A DNA stretch of 64,000 nt, taken from Perkinsela sp. CCAP 1560/9. Its lineage: Eukaryota > Protista > Euglenozoa: Kinetoplastea. The notes below the pieces were generated by a model, which did not search any database, had not been told where the DNA came from, and was given only the letters and a program-made list of their open reading frames with translations. A program made the position numbers and the translations under genes. Positions 19,377 to 30,250 of this stretch are shown here, piece after piece (within the stretch, counting starts at the first letter, position 1; each line of letters begins with the position of its first letter). Where the stretch lies: assembly GCA_965644495.1 (NCBI GenBank), contig CBFFSA010000006.1, positions 1 to 64,000 of the forward strand. The letters run 5' to 3'.

Positions 19377-21518
19377 ATGCAGAACTCAGTACGTGCGCTC
19401 CCGACGGGAAATCTGCCGAAAATTCCGTACTCCTTGCCCTCTCAAAAACTTTTTGCTACGGAATCTTCGGGTGCGTTTCGCCGTGAGTGGCTTCGCGGAC
19501 TTCCTGCGTATCGCCAATTCGTAGAGAACACGAAATATCTCCCCTCCCACGACGACTTTTGGAAATCAACGCCCTCTCAGGCAGTCACGGTGATTGCCAC
19601 ACGGATGAACTACCACGACATGCTGAACAGCGCAGCTACGGATGGCATCATGCCGATCGAGGGTTTACTGAATGCTCCCGGGTCCCCTACCCCCGATCTG
19701 ATCTATGACGACATCATGCGATGGAAAACATTTGATCGTATTCAAAAACCACCGGAGCAGCAATACGTCATGGAGGAGGTTGTTCTTAACCAGTTACTCG
19801 CGCGGGCCGCACATCACGTACTACTTGACCCGCTCTATTTCACCAAAGCCGAGCAGTTCTTTCGAAAAGTCGAGCAACAACAGAATGTGACACATGCCGG
19901 GTACAGTTGCTGGGCACTGATGTGTGTGGCAAGCGGAAGGCTTCGGGCTGCACTTGACATCTTAGCTTTTATGGATACACACGGTTTGAATTTTGATGGC
20001 CATGTTTTTGTACTGTGCATGAATCCCGGTGCTTCAAATTTTAAAGATCGTATTCGCGGTGGACCAAATGAACAGAAGGGGTTTGTACGACAACTTAGGC
20101 TGTTAAACCGACTAGAGTCGCTGTCCAGCACCCGAAAAGCCTCCGTGCCAGCTCTTCATGCGTTTTTTGTCATGTTCAATTTGACCCTTAATCATGTGGC
20201 AAAGTGGGAACTCATTCGCCTGGCAGTTGAGAATTCAAATCAGTTTCACTTTTCTCTCCGCACTGTGCTGTATGCATTTGAGATTGTGCGATACGAAGGG
20301 GCACGTCGGTGTGGTCCACTTACGATCCAGCGACTACTGATCCTATTCGCCAGGCATCAAAAGGCCGAACTCTGCTTAGATCTTCTGATTCGTGTGCGAC
20401 AAAACGAAATGCTGGAGGAGCACCTGAAAATGGCTGTACCCGTTGTGATTCCTTTGTCCACCAGGAGAGAAATATTGGGATACCTCATTCCTGAGACGTC
20501 AAAGAACGATATGCATTCCCTGGCGGCTTCGGACACATTCCAATCTACTTTGCGAGTAGATGAAATAAGTAGAAAAAATGAACATACGCCAGAGAACAAA
20601 GTTGGTGATGAGATTACAGTTAAAAATAAAGAATGTTTAAATTGGATCAGGAGGCTAATGTCTATAAACGATGACGATTTAGATTTAAACGCGTATAAAG
20701 AATACGCCAGACTTTTTCCCAAAGCCTCAGATATGAAAATATCATTCGATCAACTGATAACAGCCTCTTTACCGAGACCCTTCATTTCGAAAGATGGAGC
20801 GACTCATGGTAAATTACAAACAGAAAGGTTTAACATCACGAACACTCACAAAAAGAGCTTATCTCCACGAATGGTTTTTTTGCGTCATTTGCTTCCTTTT
20901 GCATCGCTGAAGCGTTTGCACGTACCCTGCGCGAAACCAAACAAAACAGTTCACATAATTGAAGGATCCAAGAGCGCCAAGAAACGCTCCGGACGTCGGA
21001 AACTGAAATTCATTGGATTGAAGGACAGCTTGAAGACACAGAAGAAAGCAGCGAGTAATCCCTCGAACAAATCAAGCGACGGCAATAAACCTGCAAGAAA
21101 AGAGTTGGTATCCGTAGAGCCGACGTACGGAACTGAAAACGAAAAAATGGATGAAAGTGTCACGAGTGAGAGCGGCATATTGGGTGAGAACATTTCGACA
21201 TCAGGAGAGAACGTCATATGTGAAGATCATCCAATGAAACCAAGTGTAGAGAAGAAATACAAGGGAACACCAACAACTACGAAGGATGCGCTTCGCTTAC
21301 AAAAAAAGCAATACGTCGAAGAAGTTCCGAGTCCCGAAAGTCCATTTCAGCAAGACGTGGTAAGGCGTGAGAGACTTGAGCGCGTACGACGCGACAAGGC
21401 CAGTAATCAAGACATAGCTCTTACGCAACAAGAGCAAGCCGTTCGAGAACTCCAAAGACAGGCCAAGGAGCAGGAAGAGAGGCGCCGCCGACTTCCCTCG
21501 GCCTGGATGCTTTCATGA
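19377..21518 (+). CDS. PPR-like helical-repeat protein
   Basis: YSCWALMCVASGRLRAALDILAFMDTHGLNFD is a PPR-like unit; other helical segments; charged C-terminal tail. Confidence 0.5.
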   Translation: MQNSVRALPTGNLPKIPYSLPSQKLFATESSGAFRREWLRGLPAYRQFVENTKYLPSHDDFWKSTPSQAVTVIATRMNYHDMLNSAATDGIMPIEGLLNAPGSPTPDLIYDDIMRWKTFDRIQKPPEQQYVMEEVVLNQLLARAAHHVLLDPLYFTKAEQFFRKVEQQQNVTHAGYSCWALMCVASGRLRAALDILAFMDTHGLNFDGHVFVLCMNPGASNFKDRIRGGPNEQKGFVRQLRLLNRLESLSSTRKASVPALHAFFVMFNLTLNHVAKWELIRLAVENSNQFHFSLRTVLYAFEIVRYEGARRCGPLTIQRLLILFARHQKAELCLDLLIRVRQNEMLEEHLKMAVPVVIPLSTRREILGYLIPETSKNDMHSLAASDTFQSTLRVDEISRKNEHTPENKVGDEITVKNKECLNWIRRLMSINDDDLDLNAYKEYARLFPKASDMKISFDQLITASLPRPFISKDGATHGKLQTERFNITNTHKKSLSPRMVFLRHLLPFASLKRLHVPCAKPNKTVHIIEGSKSAKKRSGRRKLKFIGLKDSLKTQKKAASNPSNKSSDGNKPARKELVSVEPTYGTENEKMDESVTSESGILGENISTSGENVICEDHPMKPSVEKKYKGTPTTTKDALRLQKKQYVEEVPSPESPFQQDVVRRERLERVRRDKASNQDIALTQQEQAVRELQRQAKEQEERRRRLPSAWMLS

Positions 21519-21974
21519 GAGCAGAACGGAAGGGAACCACTCACGTTTAGAATAATGTGATCGTTCTTCTGACAATTATTCTTCTTCGTACGGTAAGAAA
21601 ACCCTGACCACACAATTTGTTACGCTTAGGCCGAATCTTTTGGTACATTCTTAAGCAATGACTTGCTATTTCTACACGGTACGAGTTAAAGTTTTGTGGG
21701 TGGTATGCAGACACCACATATGTACATACAGATATGTACATGTACATATCTTATACTGCGCCCATTCTTACGTAATTGTACGTATCTACTTATCTTACAT
21801 CCGTATGTCGTACACCTGACGTATGTATCGTACATCGCTAGTAAGACCAATGAGAATCTTAGTGAGCATTCGACGGATTTTCGAGTAAATGTTTTTTATA
21901 GTATGAACTTTTTAGCATCACAAAGCAGTACTCGACAAACGACGCACTGGGAGGCCAACAAATCGTAAATTTGG

Positions 21975-22799
21975 ATGAACGTCCGTGACATTGAAGGAAA
22001 ACATTTAGCATGGAAATGCTTCCTGCAACATGAACATGAAAACGTCCACACTCTCAGCACGTATACCTTAAATTGCAGTACTCCACCGGGTACCCATGAT
22101 TTTCATTTTATTAGAACCGGATATTGCGAACGTTCATTAAGCGATGACCTTTCGTGTGCTTGTAAGGTGTGCGACTTGAACTCGTCGTACTTCTGGAAAT
22201 CAGTGGAATCAGATTTCATATACGATTGGTATAAAAGCAATGATTCACGCCCAAAGAAATCTAGCTTTCAATTCCCCAATTCAGAAATTGTTTGCAACCA
22301 TCCTTGCAGCAGCCTTGTGACGTGTAACGCAAGTCAGGGAACAGTAGAGGTAGTAAGACAAAAGGTTTGCGATGATTTTCTTCACTCTTCTGGTTTTGTG
22401 CACTTCCTTGGATTTATTTCTCCCCAAAAAGAAGATAGGACATCATGCGAGGAAAGTGCAGCTCCGATCGTTCACTTCGCCGTAGCCCTGCGTCCTCTAA
22501 ATCCACTCCATACAAGGACAGAATTATATCTTGCGTTTCTCGCAGTCTCTCCAGTGTTCCGCTTAAGGGGTATTGGAACCAAAGCATTGGACTTATTTCA
22601 TCTCCTGGCGAAATATTTTGGTTGCGACAAAGCAAGGCTTCATGTGGTGAACGAACCGTCTATGATGTGGCTTGTCAGATTCTACGAGAGTAAAAACTTC
22701 AAAATCAGAAGGCTGATTCCGCGTTATTTTGAGTCTGGCCAAGATGCTCTTGAGCTAGTACTCAATTATGACGCACACCTGCCAAGACGCCGGATGTAG
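21975..22799 (+). CDS. GNAT acetyltransferase (RimI/Naa-like)
   Basis: LAVSPVFRLRGIGT acetyl-CoA motif; LHV...FYESKNF..RRLIPRYF..GQDA. Confidence 0.85.
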   Translation: MNVRDIEGKHLAWKCFLQHEHENVHTLSTYTLNCSTPPGTHDFHFIRTGYCERSLSDDLSCACKVCDLNSSYFWKSVESDFIYDWYKSNDSRPKKSSFQFPNSEIVCNHPCSSLVTCNASQGTVEVVRQKVCDDFLHSSGFVHFLGFISPQKEDRTSCEESAAPIVHFAVALRPLNPLHTRTELYLAFLAVSPVFRLRGIGTKALDLFHLLAKYFGCDKARLHVVNEPSMMWLVRFYESKNFKIRRLIPRYFESGQDALELVLNYDAHLPRRRM

Positions 22800-22906
22800 T
22801 CATTCAACTCAACAAAGAAAAGAAAAGGCTGCCAGCCACTTGCACCTTTGTATGGATAATCAACTGACTGTTGCATACTCACTTTCTTATGGCTTTTAGG
22901 GAAATA

Positions 22907-23877
22907 CAGTGGTTTCAGTTGATCTTGCCCCCCCCCTCGGAATTTTGATTTTTTTTATCCATTTTTGCTCATCTTTGCAGCATTGGAGAGACCTCGTTCC
23001 CCTAGCGAAGAGCTTTGCCGCCTTTTTTTCATAGAGACCCCCTGGTGCCCCCTGGGTGACCCGAAAGTTGACCAAAATAAAAAAAAAATGACATTTTTTT
23101 ATCATATCAAAAATTGGAACAAAAAACGGATTTTATGTCCAAAAGTTAACTCTGAAGGAAAAGAACTAGTATCCGGAAAACACTTTTTGAAGTCTATTAG
23201 GGACTGAATCACTTGTGTTGCACACTTTACGTTTTTCTTGAGGACGTTTTAGAATCTGAAAAGCTTTTTTAATGGCATCGGCGAGGGTAGCATGATTGTG
23301 GGGCTTAATTTTTTTCTTTATGATGCCGTTCATTTGTTTCCAAACATTTTCTATTGGATTTAAATCAGGCGAATTCGCTGGCCAAGACAATTGTTTAATA
23401 CGATATTTTATCAATTCACCTTTTGCCAAGTTATGGGTATAATATCCCCCAGTTTGTGGGATATTGGGGGATTGTCTTCTCTTTTGTCATTCCATCCTTG
23501 TACCTACTCCCCCTGTTTGGGGTTAGAGGGTCTGGTCTGCATAATGTAGAGATGTTGACTATATTAAATTAGGCGATAGGGATGGTACTAGACATAGAGC
23601 TTTCAAATTATCAATTTAGAACACTATTACTCGTACTTACATGTTCAAAATGTACAAAAAATCGGGAAAATGTGACAAAAAAAGGTTGTGTACACAGAAA
23701 ACGTCTAAAAAAACAGTGTTTTTCGGACCCAGGGGGCACCAGGGGGTCTCTATGAAAAAAAGGCGGCAAAGCTCTTCGCTAGGGGAACGAGATCTCTCCA
23801 ATGCTGCAAAGATGACCAAAAATGGATAAAAAAAACTCAAAATTCCGAGTGGGGGACAAGATCAACTGAAACCACTG
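22907..23877 (-). mobile_element. Internally deleted Tc1/mariner DNA transposon, 971 bp, ~155-bp TIRs, TA target-site duplication
   Basis: TA|CAGTGGTTTCAGTTGATCTTG ... CAAGATCAACTGAAACCACTG|TA; TIRs ~22907-23066 and ~23721-23877 are near-identical; transposase remnant inside. Confidence 0.95.
23166..23480 (-). pseudogene. Tc1-like DDE transposase C-terminal fragment
   Basis: WPANSPDLNPIENVW hallmark; an upstream EDN motif lies in another frame; no N-terminal HTH region. Confidence 0.9.
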
Positions 23878-23960
23878 TATTAGTAATATGTGAATTTACA
23901 ACATATTTCTTCTCTGTCTTTTCTTCTTTTCTTCTTGTCTTTTCAACATTTCTCCACAAA

Positions 23961-24683
23961 ATGTGCTTCTACGGTATTCCATTGCCGGGTGAGTGCTCCG
24001 ATCATTCTCATCGGCGTCGGCTAGGGAAGGTAAAGGGTATGTCTCTTCCCCAGGAGGTTCAACTTTCACGCGTCATCGCAAATGTTTCGAACCCGGCACC
24101 CTCCTGGAACACATTTTTCATGGCATGTGAGTGGGCTGGGGTAGGCTGTGACGCCCAGTTGCAGGTAGAGCGCATTGATTGGAGCTCGAGTCGTTTAACC
24201 GCTACCGGACTCCTGCAAGGGACTGTTGCGTTAAATTTACTTCCAGAATCCGTCAGATCCTTTAATATTGGGAATAATGAGCTTGTAGGGATGCGGACCG
24301 ATTTAGATAGCCTTCCTCCCGGCTTAGTTAAGCTTGAGATGTATAGTAATCTCCATCATGGCCCACTGTCTCTCTCCGGGCTTCCGAATACTTTGCGAGA
24401 GTTATCATTCTCTCGAAACTGTTTTCACGGCACTCTCACGGTGGATACTGTCCCAACGAGTCTCCGGGTACTAGACGCGAGCTATAACAACTTCAAAGAG
24501 CTGATCGTCAAAGAACTACCAAAGTTGCTCCAAATCGACGTGGTGCAGAACGTGATGAAAGATTCCGAAGGGATTTCTCGTATTTATGGGGCGGACAGCT
24601 TCCTTGAACAAATAAGCATCGAGCCACAACGAATTGACTTTGGTGAAAAACAGGATCCGTTTTCTGACTCAATAGTTTTCTAA
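23961..24683 (+). CDS. Leucine-rich repeat protein with CxWxGVxC N-cap
   Basis: CEWAGVGCD cap; repeats LP..L..L....N.(L/F).G.L.L. The true start may be the later Met (MSLPQE). Confidence 0.85.
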   Translation: MCFYGIPLPGECSDHSHRRRLGKVKGMSLPQEVQLSRVIANVSNPAPSWNTFFMACEWAGVGCDAQLQVERIDWSSSRLTATGLLQGTVALNLLPESVRSFNIGNNELVGMRTDLDSLPPGLVKLEMYSNLHHGPLSLSGLPNTLRELSFSRNCFHGTLTVDTVPTSLRVLDASYNNFKELIVKELPKLLQIDVVQNVMKDSEGISRIYGADSFLEQISIEPQRIDFGEKQDPFSDSIVF

Positions 24684-24916
24684 CTCAATATCGCGTGATC
24701 TGGGTTTCCCAAGACAATGGGGGATTTAAAAGCGCCCAAAGGGTACGATGAAAGTCTTACTCAACAGGTCTTCCTACATGGACTCGTATTGTTAATTTAC
24801 TTTTTGTTTTTGATATCAATATTACCCAGGCTTCCTTAGAGTCAAAAGAAGGAAATCCTATGCCTGAAAAATAATCTTTGTAGTTAACCGATCGCATGTA
24901 CATGTAATCTTTAGTA

Positions 24917-26098
24917 ATGTTGCAGCACTCTGTAAGGGAAGCTACCCACCTACTTGTGTGGGCTCGTACGCATGGAATACGCTGGTGGAATCGCGTATGT
25001 ATTAAGAATGGAATTCGAGGACGTGGTCTATTTGCTACTCAAACCCTGCTGCCTCAAGATGTGGCGTTAGCTGTGCCACTGTCATCGTCCTTCAGTCTCT
25101 TGAATTTTGAACAAGACGGAGAGTTTCCTTTACGTGTGGAACCTGAGGACTTTGACCACACCTTGGCGTGGTGGCCAGACCTGGAGTGGGGCACTTTCGC
25201 ACTGATTGTGTGGCTGACGAAGGCTTACATCCAGCGCGACTCACGTTGTCTGAGCTACCTCAATGTGCTTCCAATTCCTGCAACCTCTGGGGGAGTCTTG
25301 ACACAGAAATCGGTGCGAGAAGATTTTCCAGTACTGCGTTCGATTGCACGCCAAGCGCAGAGTACAGCGGAGTACAAAGATGTGATAGCTCCCGTCGCAG
25401 CACAGTGTCGTCTGCCTCCTGAGGTGTTTAACGATTATTTAGTGTGGATGTACACAATGATACGTAGCCGTGCCCTGCCGATATGGTCACGTTCGGGGGA
25501 TGGGCATCCATCTTTCGCGAATACAAATTACGGAAGGAAACGTTCCGTAGAGCTATGCGGAACTAGTTCAGATAGTAACACGAGCGAGAGTCGTGGAGAT
25601 GCTTTCGCAATGTTTCCTTTACTAGACATGATGAACCACAGCGAAAACGCCTGCAACATGAGTATCGGATTTGCCGGGAAAGAGTTCACTACCCACTTCA
25701 CAGAAAGTGATCAAGAACAGAGTAGTGACTTTGTGATCGCGCAAGCCACAAAAGAAATAGCACCAGGCGAAGAACTCTTAGTAAACTACAACGAAAATTT
25801 TGGCTTTGATGGAGATCTGTTTGCCGCGTGGTTTGATATTCCTTTACACGACAATGTACAGACAGCCACGGCTCAGAAAGTCATGCGTTGGAATCGATCG
25901 GATAATAGCTCCATGCTTACGCCATATCGTTCGCAGAACGCTACAGAAGCTACTGGTGATAATGAACGTACTAGTGCAAAAAACTCTTACTTTGCGTCGG
26001 AAAACAATCCTGTACTCAGTCATACATTGTCCAAGATTGCCTCGGTCGATGATGAATACGATACCTATAATGAAAAAATGTGGTCACATGCAACGTAG
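24917..26098 (+). CDS. SET-domain protein-lysine methyltransferase (Rubisco-LSMT/SETD3 type)
   Basis: GRGLFAT, IRSRA, PLLDMMNHS, IAPGEELLVNY. Confidence 0.9.
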   Translation: MLQHSVREATHLLVWARTHGIRWWNRVCIKNGIRGRGLFATQTLLPQDVALAVPLSSSFSLLNFEQDGEFPLRVEPEDFDHTLAWWPDLEWGTFALIVWLTKAYIQRDSRCLSYLNVLPIPATSGGVLTQKSVREDFPVLRSIARQAQSTAEYKDVIAPVAAQCRLPPEVFNDYLVWMYTMIRSRALPIWSRSGDGHPSFANTNYGRKRSVELCGTSSDSNTSESRGDAFAMFPLLDMMNHSENACNMSIGFAGKEFTTHFTESDQEQSSDFVIAQATKEIAPGEELLVNYNENFGFDGDLFAAWFDIPLHDNVQTATAQKVMRWNRSDNSSMLTPYRSQNATEATGDNERTSAKNSYFASENNPVLSHTLSKIASVDDEYDTYNEKMWSHAT

Positions 26099-26657
26099 AA
26101 CCAGCATTCTGCTTTTTCATTGACCGACATTAACACACAAAGACTAGAAACTGTTTTAATGAGGGGTCTGGAGCACTCTATTTACCGGCTAGTAAGTACT
26201 AGTCATCCAGGAAGGATAGACGCTTTTGACAAGAGGTATTAGTAATTCTTTTTTAAGTTCTTCGTTAAATGAGGTGTTTGTTTTCAATTTAGAAGGCACC
26301 ACTGCTGCGCGCTTCGCGTTGAAAACTACTTCTGCGTTTTAGCGAAGCGCACAAAAAAGAAAACATTATCGAAAAGATGAAGAATAATTTATTTTTCTTG
26401 TACTGTATTACCGTGTCCCCCTTCATAATTTCACTGTTTTTGTTGACTTCTTCTTAATAATCGGAGGTAGAGCGGGACTTATACAACCACCACAATTTAC
26501 AGCTGTGCAACAGCTCATACTTTCTTACAAGTGCTTGAACGCGCGTAAGCGCTCACTGTCGTGGTGCGCTTAAAAAAAGTTGCTACACCTCATTCTCCAC
26601 TCTACACATATTCACTGCAACGAATTCATTTTTTTAAGCTATGTCACCATTTTCTTC

Positions 26658-28349
26658 ATGTTTCATGTGACTCCTCACACCCTACGCGCTGGAATTGAAC
26701 TCCCTCGCACCCTACCCCGACGCTACGGGTTCGCATCCTCCGCGGAGGTAGACATCACCCACGCCGTGCTGGACGCCTTGGGACGTGCACAACTTCAAAT
26801 TGGTACCTCCTTAGTCCCCCATCTCACCTACATGCTAGTCAGCGCAAAGCACAACGAGGCCCGACACGCGCACAGGGCGCTTCGATCGTGTCTGCGCAAC
26901 CACTGGGGGGCTCACCATTTAAACGGGATGGTTGCACTTAGCGTGGTCGCCCCTCGTCAGCTCGTTGCCGGGGGGTTTGTGTCCATCGCTGTGGCGCATC
27001 TCCCGGGAGCCCGTGTGGTCCCGCTGCGATCGTGGCAGGAGGTCGCGGCGTGTGGACGGGAAGGGGGCGGGAGTGCCACCGCCTTGCTGTTTTGTGACGC
27101 GCATATTGCCGAACGTGATGTTCGGTGGGCACAGCGAAGGTTGGAACGGTACTGTGAGCGGTTCCACAGGTGTGTTGGGGGGTTGGTCCCGACGTTTCAG
27201 AACCAACCCGGGATGTGGGTGATGAATGGGGCCAGGGAAGAGGGAGAGAAAGGTGCGGAGGAGCAAGAGTCGTGTGGTGAGGTGGCGGGAGTTGGATTTT
27301 GGGGTGGAGGGGTAGAGGTGGATGTCTCAGTGGTTCCGCCGTATGTGTCTTCTCCTGTCACAGAGGAGTCTGACACGGGAGAAAGTCCCCAGAAGAGTGT
27401 GGAGTGTATTGTTACGAAGGTGGATACCCAAGTCGTGGAGGATCCAGAGGCGAAGCTGGTAAGTGTGCTTACATCATCCAATACGGGAGAAAACATGCCG
27501 GCGTCGTTTTCCGAAATGCCCGTGATAGCAGAACTTGACGGAATTCCATCCCTCCAACGACTACAGAATCTTTTTCCCGAGGCACTTCCAGGAGATGTGT
27601 ACGCGAAAATATTGGATCCCATTTCTCATACGCAGTACCTCTGGGGGTCCAGAATGCCCGGTTCACCCGATTCAGTGCTTTGCCTGCAGCCTCTCCCGTC
27701 CACGTACGGCAAAACCATAAATGCGGGCTCCCGAATTATCTTGGGTACCGTTTCAAAGCAAACAGACGCTCACAACTGGGCGGGAGAAATCCTGAAAGCT
27801 GCTCGGTCCCGCGCAAAAAAGGACCAGTACGGATTTATCATTTCTAGCGATGCAGCTGAGGAAACAATGAAGAACGATACACGCAAACAAGCGGAACCCT
27901 TCTCTCTGTCGAAGGGAGGGAAAAATTCGGATGTAAAATCTGATGCGCAACTGTATGGGGTAAAAAACAATGTCGAAGAGAAAAATAGCATTTCTCCCAG
28001 TAGCAAAGGTGCTAGAGATGACGTTACACAGGCATTCACGAACGAGAACAGATTATGGTTATCTTTTTCTAACAAAAGCATGGATGATGTGCACAGCTGT
28101 TCAAGCCAATGGAATCTTGCCGTTCGATGCCTGATCGGGGGACCTGCTGATAATCGAGACGAAAATAAACTTGATAGGGCTGCAGTGATTAACAAAATGT
28201 TGTATCGGGGTCACATATCTAACCCCGGAGGAGTAAAATCCAGCTGTTTGTTCACTCCCGGCCAAATTGGGCCGCTTGTTTCCGGAGGCTTAGGAGATTC
28301 CCTCACATTTCTTCACACTCGAGCATCGGTCACGGCGTGTATATCATAA
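26658..28349 (+). CDS. Divergent FIST-domain-like protein
   Basis: N-terminal ASS...AV..AL and VSIAVAHLPGARV; IAELDG.P; C-terminal LFTPGQIGP...LHTRASV resembles FIST_C GEIGP..LH. Confidence 0.6.
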   Translation: MFHVTPHTLRAGIELPRTLPRRYGFASSAEVDITHAVLDALGRAQLQIGTSLVPHLTYMLVSAKHNEARHAHRALRSCLRNHWGAHHLNGMVALSVVAPRQLVAGGFVSIAVAHLPGARVVPLRSWQEVAACGREGGGSATALLFCDAHIAERDVRWAQRRLERYCERFHRCVGGLVPTFQNQPGMWVMNGAREEGEKGAEEQESCGEVAGVGFWGGGVEVDVSVVPPYVSSPVTEESDTGESPQKSVECIVTKVDTQVVEDPEAKLVSVLTSSNTGENMPASFSEMPVIAELDGIPSLQRLQNLFPEALPGDVYAKILDPISHTQYLWGSRMPGSPDSVLCLQPLPSTYGKTINAGSRIILGTVSKQTDAHNWAGEILKAARSRAKKDQYGFIISSDAAEETMKNDTRKQAEPFSLSKGGKNSDVKSDAQLYGVKNNVEEKNSISPSSKGARDDVTQAFTNENRLWLSFSNKSMDDVHSCSSQWNLAVRCLIGGPADNRDENKLDRAAVINKMLYRGHISNPGGVKSSCLFTPGQIGPLVSGGLGDSLTFLHTRASVTACIS

Positions 28350-28763
28350 AAAGTTTACAGATCAAGGATTGCGAGCTTATACCGTTCGTGGAATTATGGT
28401 AGCCTAGATAAAAAATCTGTAAAATATCTGTACCAAAAATATAAGCATTTGCACTAGTTGCCCCATTTCTTTTCGTTTTCTTTGATACGTTGTCGTCAGT
28501 TTTATAAAGTTTGGTCCGGCGTGATTTCAAACACATGTACATAAAATTAGTGTCAGAAGCTTGCCTTAAAAAATTACGTAATGCAATTATTTAATTCTTT
28601 ACAAGAAGCGGCCCCACTCTTTTACATTCTTTCTATATTTCCCGTACAGGAACGGTCATAAATTTGGTAAATGGTACATTGCACAAGTTTACAAGATTAA
28701 GTTCGTTTTAGAAAATAAGACAGGTCATTTATAGTTATAATAGAAAATAGACTGAACAAGAAA

Positions 28764-29747
28764 ATGTTCAGTGACGCGATGAGAAATTTGAGCCTTGCCC
28801 AAAATAACAAACAGGCAACTGAGTTAGAAAATGCCGCAGACAGCAATGACATAGACGAGATTCGAAGGCGCTATCGAGATCAACTTCGAGAGAATAATGT
28901 ACTTCGTGAAGCACTTCAGAATCTTGAAAAATACTATCTGGATACACTTCAAGAAACAGAAAAACGAGTATTATCTATGTTGCGTCAGCCCGACCATGAG
29001 GATGCAAGCTTAGGTGCCCCGATTGTGAATACGATAGCGATTCGAAAGGAAACAGTACAACATGGAAATGTAACGATGCCGAAACTTTCGTTCTCAAATG
29101 ACGTATTGCTCCCATGTAAACAAAATATACGTTCGGCTCGATTAGGAAACACATGGCAAAAAGCTGCACGCAACACGTCGGGCATAAATGAGGCTCCGAA
29201 TCCTCATTCCGATAATTTTTATGCTGCTAAGAAATCTCACTGCCACGTTGCAGCGAATCATGCCTTTCTCGCTGGTGCACTGACACAGAGATCACACCAA
29301 CCCAAAGTTTCTTCAATGGATCCCCACACAGGTTTCAGCACTCAGCAAGCGAAGAAAATGCAGTCACAATCATTTTACGCACCCACGCGAAAAGACAGAA
29401 CAAACTTAAAAGCTCCGAAAGTTCCACAACGCTCCGTGGAACAAGGATTTAATTCGACAGCTCGAAAGCCTGTCCCCGAATCTGGATATGTAAAAGACGA
29501 ATTAAAAGATAAGATAAACGCTCTCTCATTATCTAATATGAAAAAATCCTTCAATCCAATAAAGGAATCGGTCTCTAAAGACATACGTGGGACTCGAGAC
29601 TTGAGGGGAACAAATCTGAATTTGGGAACCTATGCGAGACCCACGATTACGAAATTGTATGATCGTCCGTGGCGCCAAAATTCCACATCAGTCTACTCAG
29701 GCGTGCACGCCGTAGGCATGAAAGACAAATTTCCTTCGAGGAACTGA
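28764..29747 (+). CDS. Hypothetical protein with N-terminal coiled coil
   Basis: 327-codon ORF on the cluster strand. Confidence 0.6.
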   Translation: MFSDAMRNLSLAQNNKQATELENAADSNDIDEIRRRYRDQLRENNVLREALQNLEKYYLDTLQETEKRVLSMLRQPDHEDASLGAPIVNTIAIRKETVQHGNVTMPKLSFSNDVLLPCKQNIRSARLGNTWQKAARNTSGINEAPNPHSDNFYAAKKSHCHVAANHAFLAGALTQRSHQPKVSSMDPHTGFSTQQAKKMQSQSFYAPTRKDRTNLKAPKVPQRSVEQGFNSTARKPVPESGYVKDELKDKINALSLSNMKKSFNPIKESVSKDIRGTRDLRGTNLNLGTYARPTITKLYDRPWRQNSTSVYSGVHAVGMKDKFPSRN

Positions 29748-30250
29748 CATCCATCCCGATGACGGCACGGGAGATGCCAACGAAATTATCATACATACCT
29801 GCGATACCGAGAAGGCGGAGCTTTTCACCGCCACATCGCAGGGTCTAAACAAACTTGTATCTTGGACAGGTTCGCTTGCTGTATGTATACATGACGAAAA
29901 GCCAAGATATTTTAATTCTAGGCTTAGGCTAGCGCGTATTTCATGCTTACACCTTCAGCAGCACATGCAGTAGAATATCTACTGCATGAAGGACACACAC
30001 TGGTATTTAAGACATACTACAGTAGAGTGTAGTTTTTATAGATTCTCTCTGAAAATCAACCAGTCGACCACAGGGGGTGTGGACCGGTTTTTTAGTTTCT
30101 GTCCAATTTCTTTCCGTGCATTGATTGATTGAAACGTACGAGTTAATGGCATTACCACAAATTTGTAGTAATCCTTTTATACCAACGTCATGCAAACTAT
30201 TTCTCCACTTTTGCGTACTTAAACCCCACTTCCCTACCCCCTACTCCTTC

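Noticed and set aside
21731-21750. Perfect 20-bp palindrome GATATGTACATGTACATATC
   Set aside because: Lies in low-complexity TACA/TGTA-rich sequence; no further support for function.
22896-23840. Short ORFs sharing IFAALER.RSPSEELCRLFFIETPWCPLG on opposite strands
   Set aside because: Translations of the two transposon TIRs, not genes.
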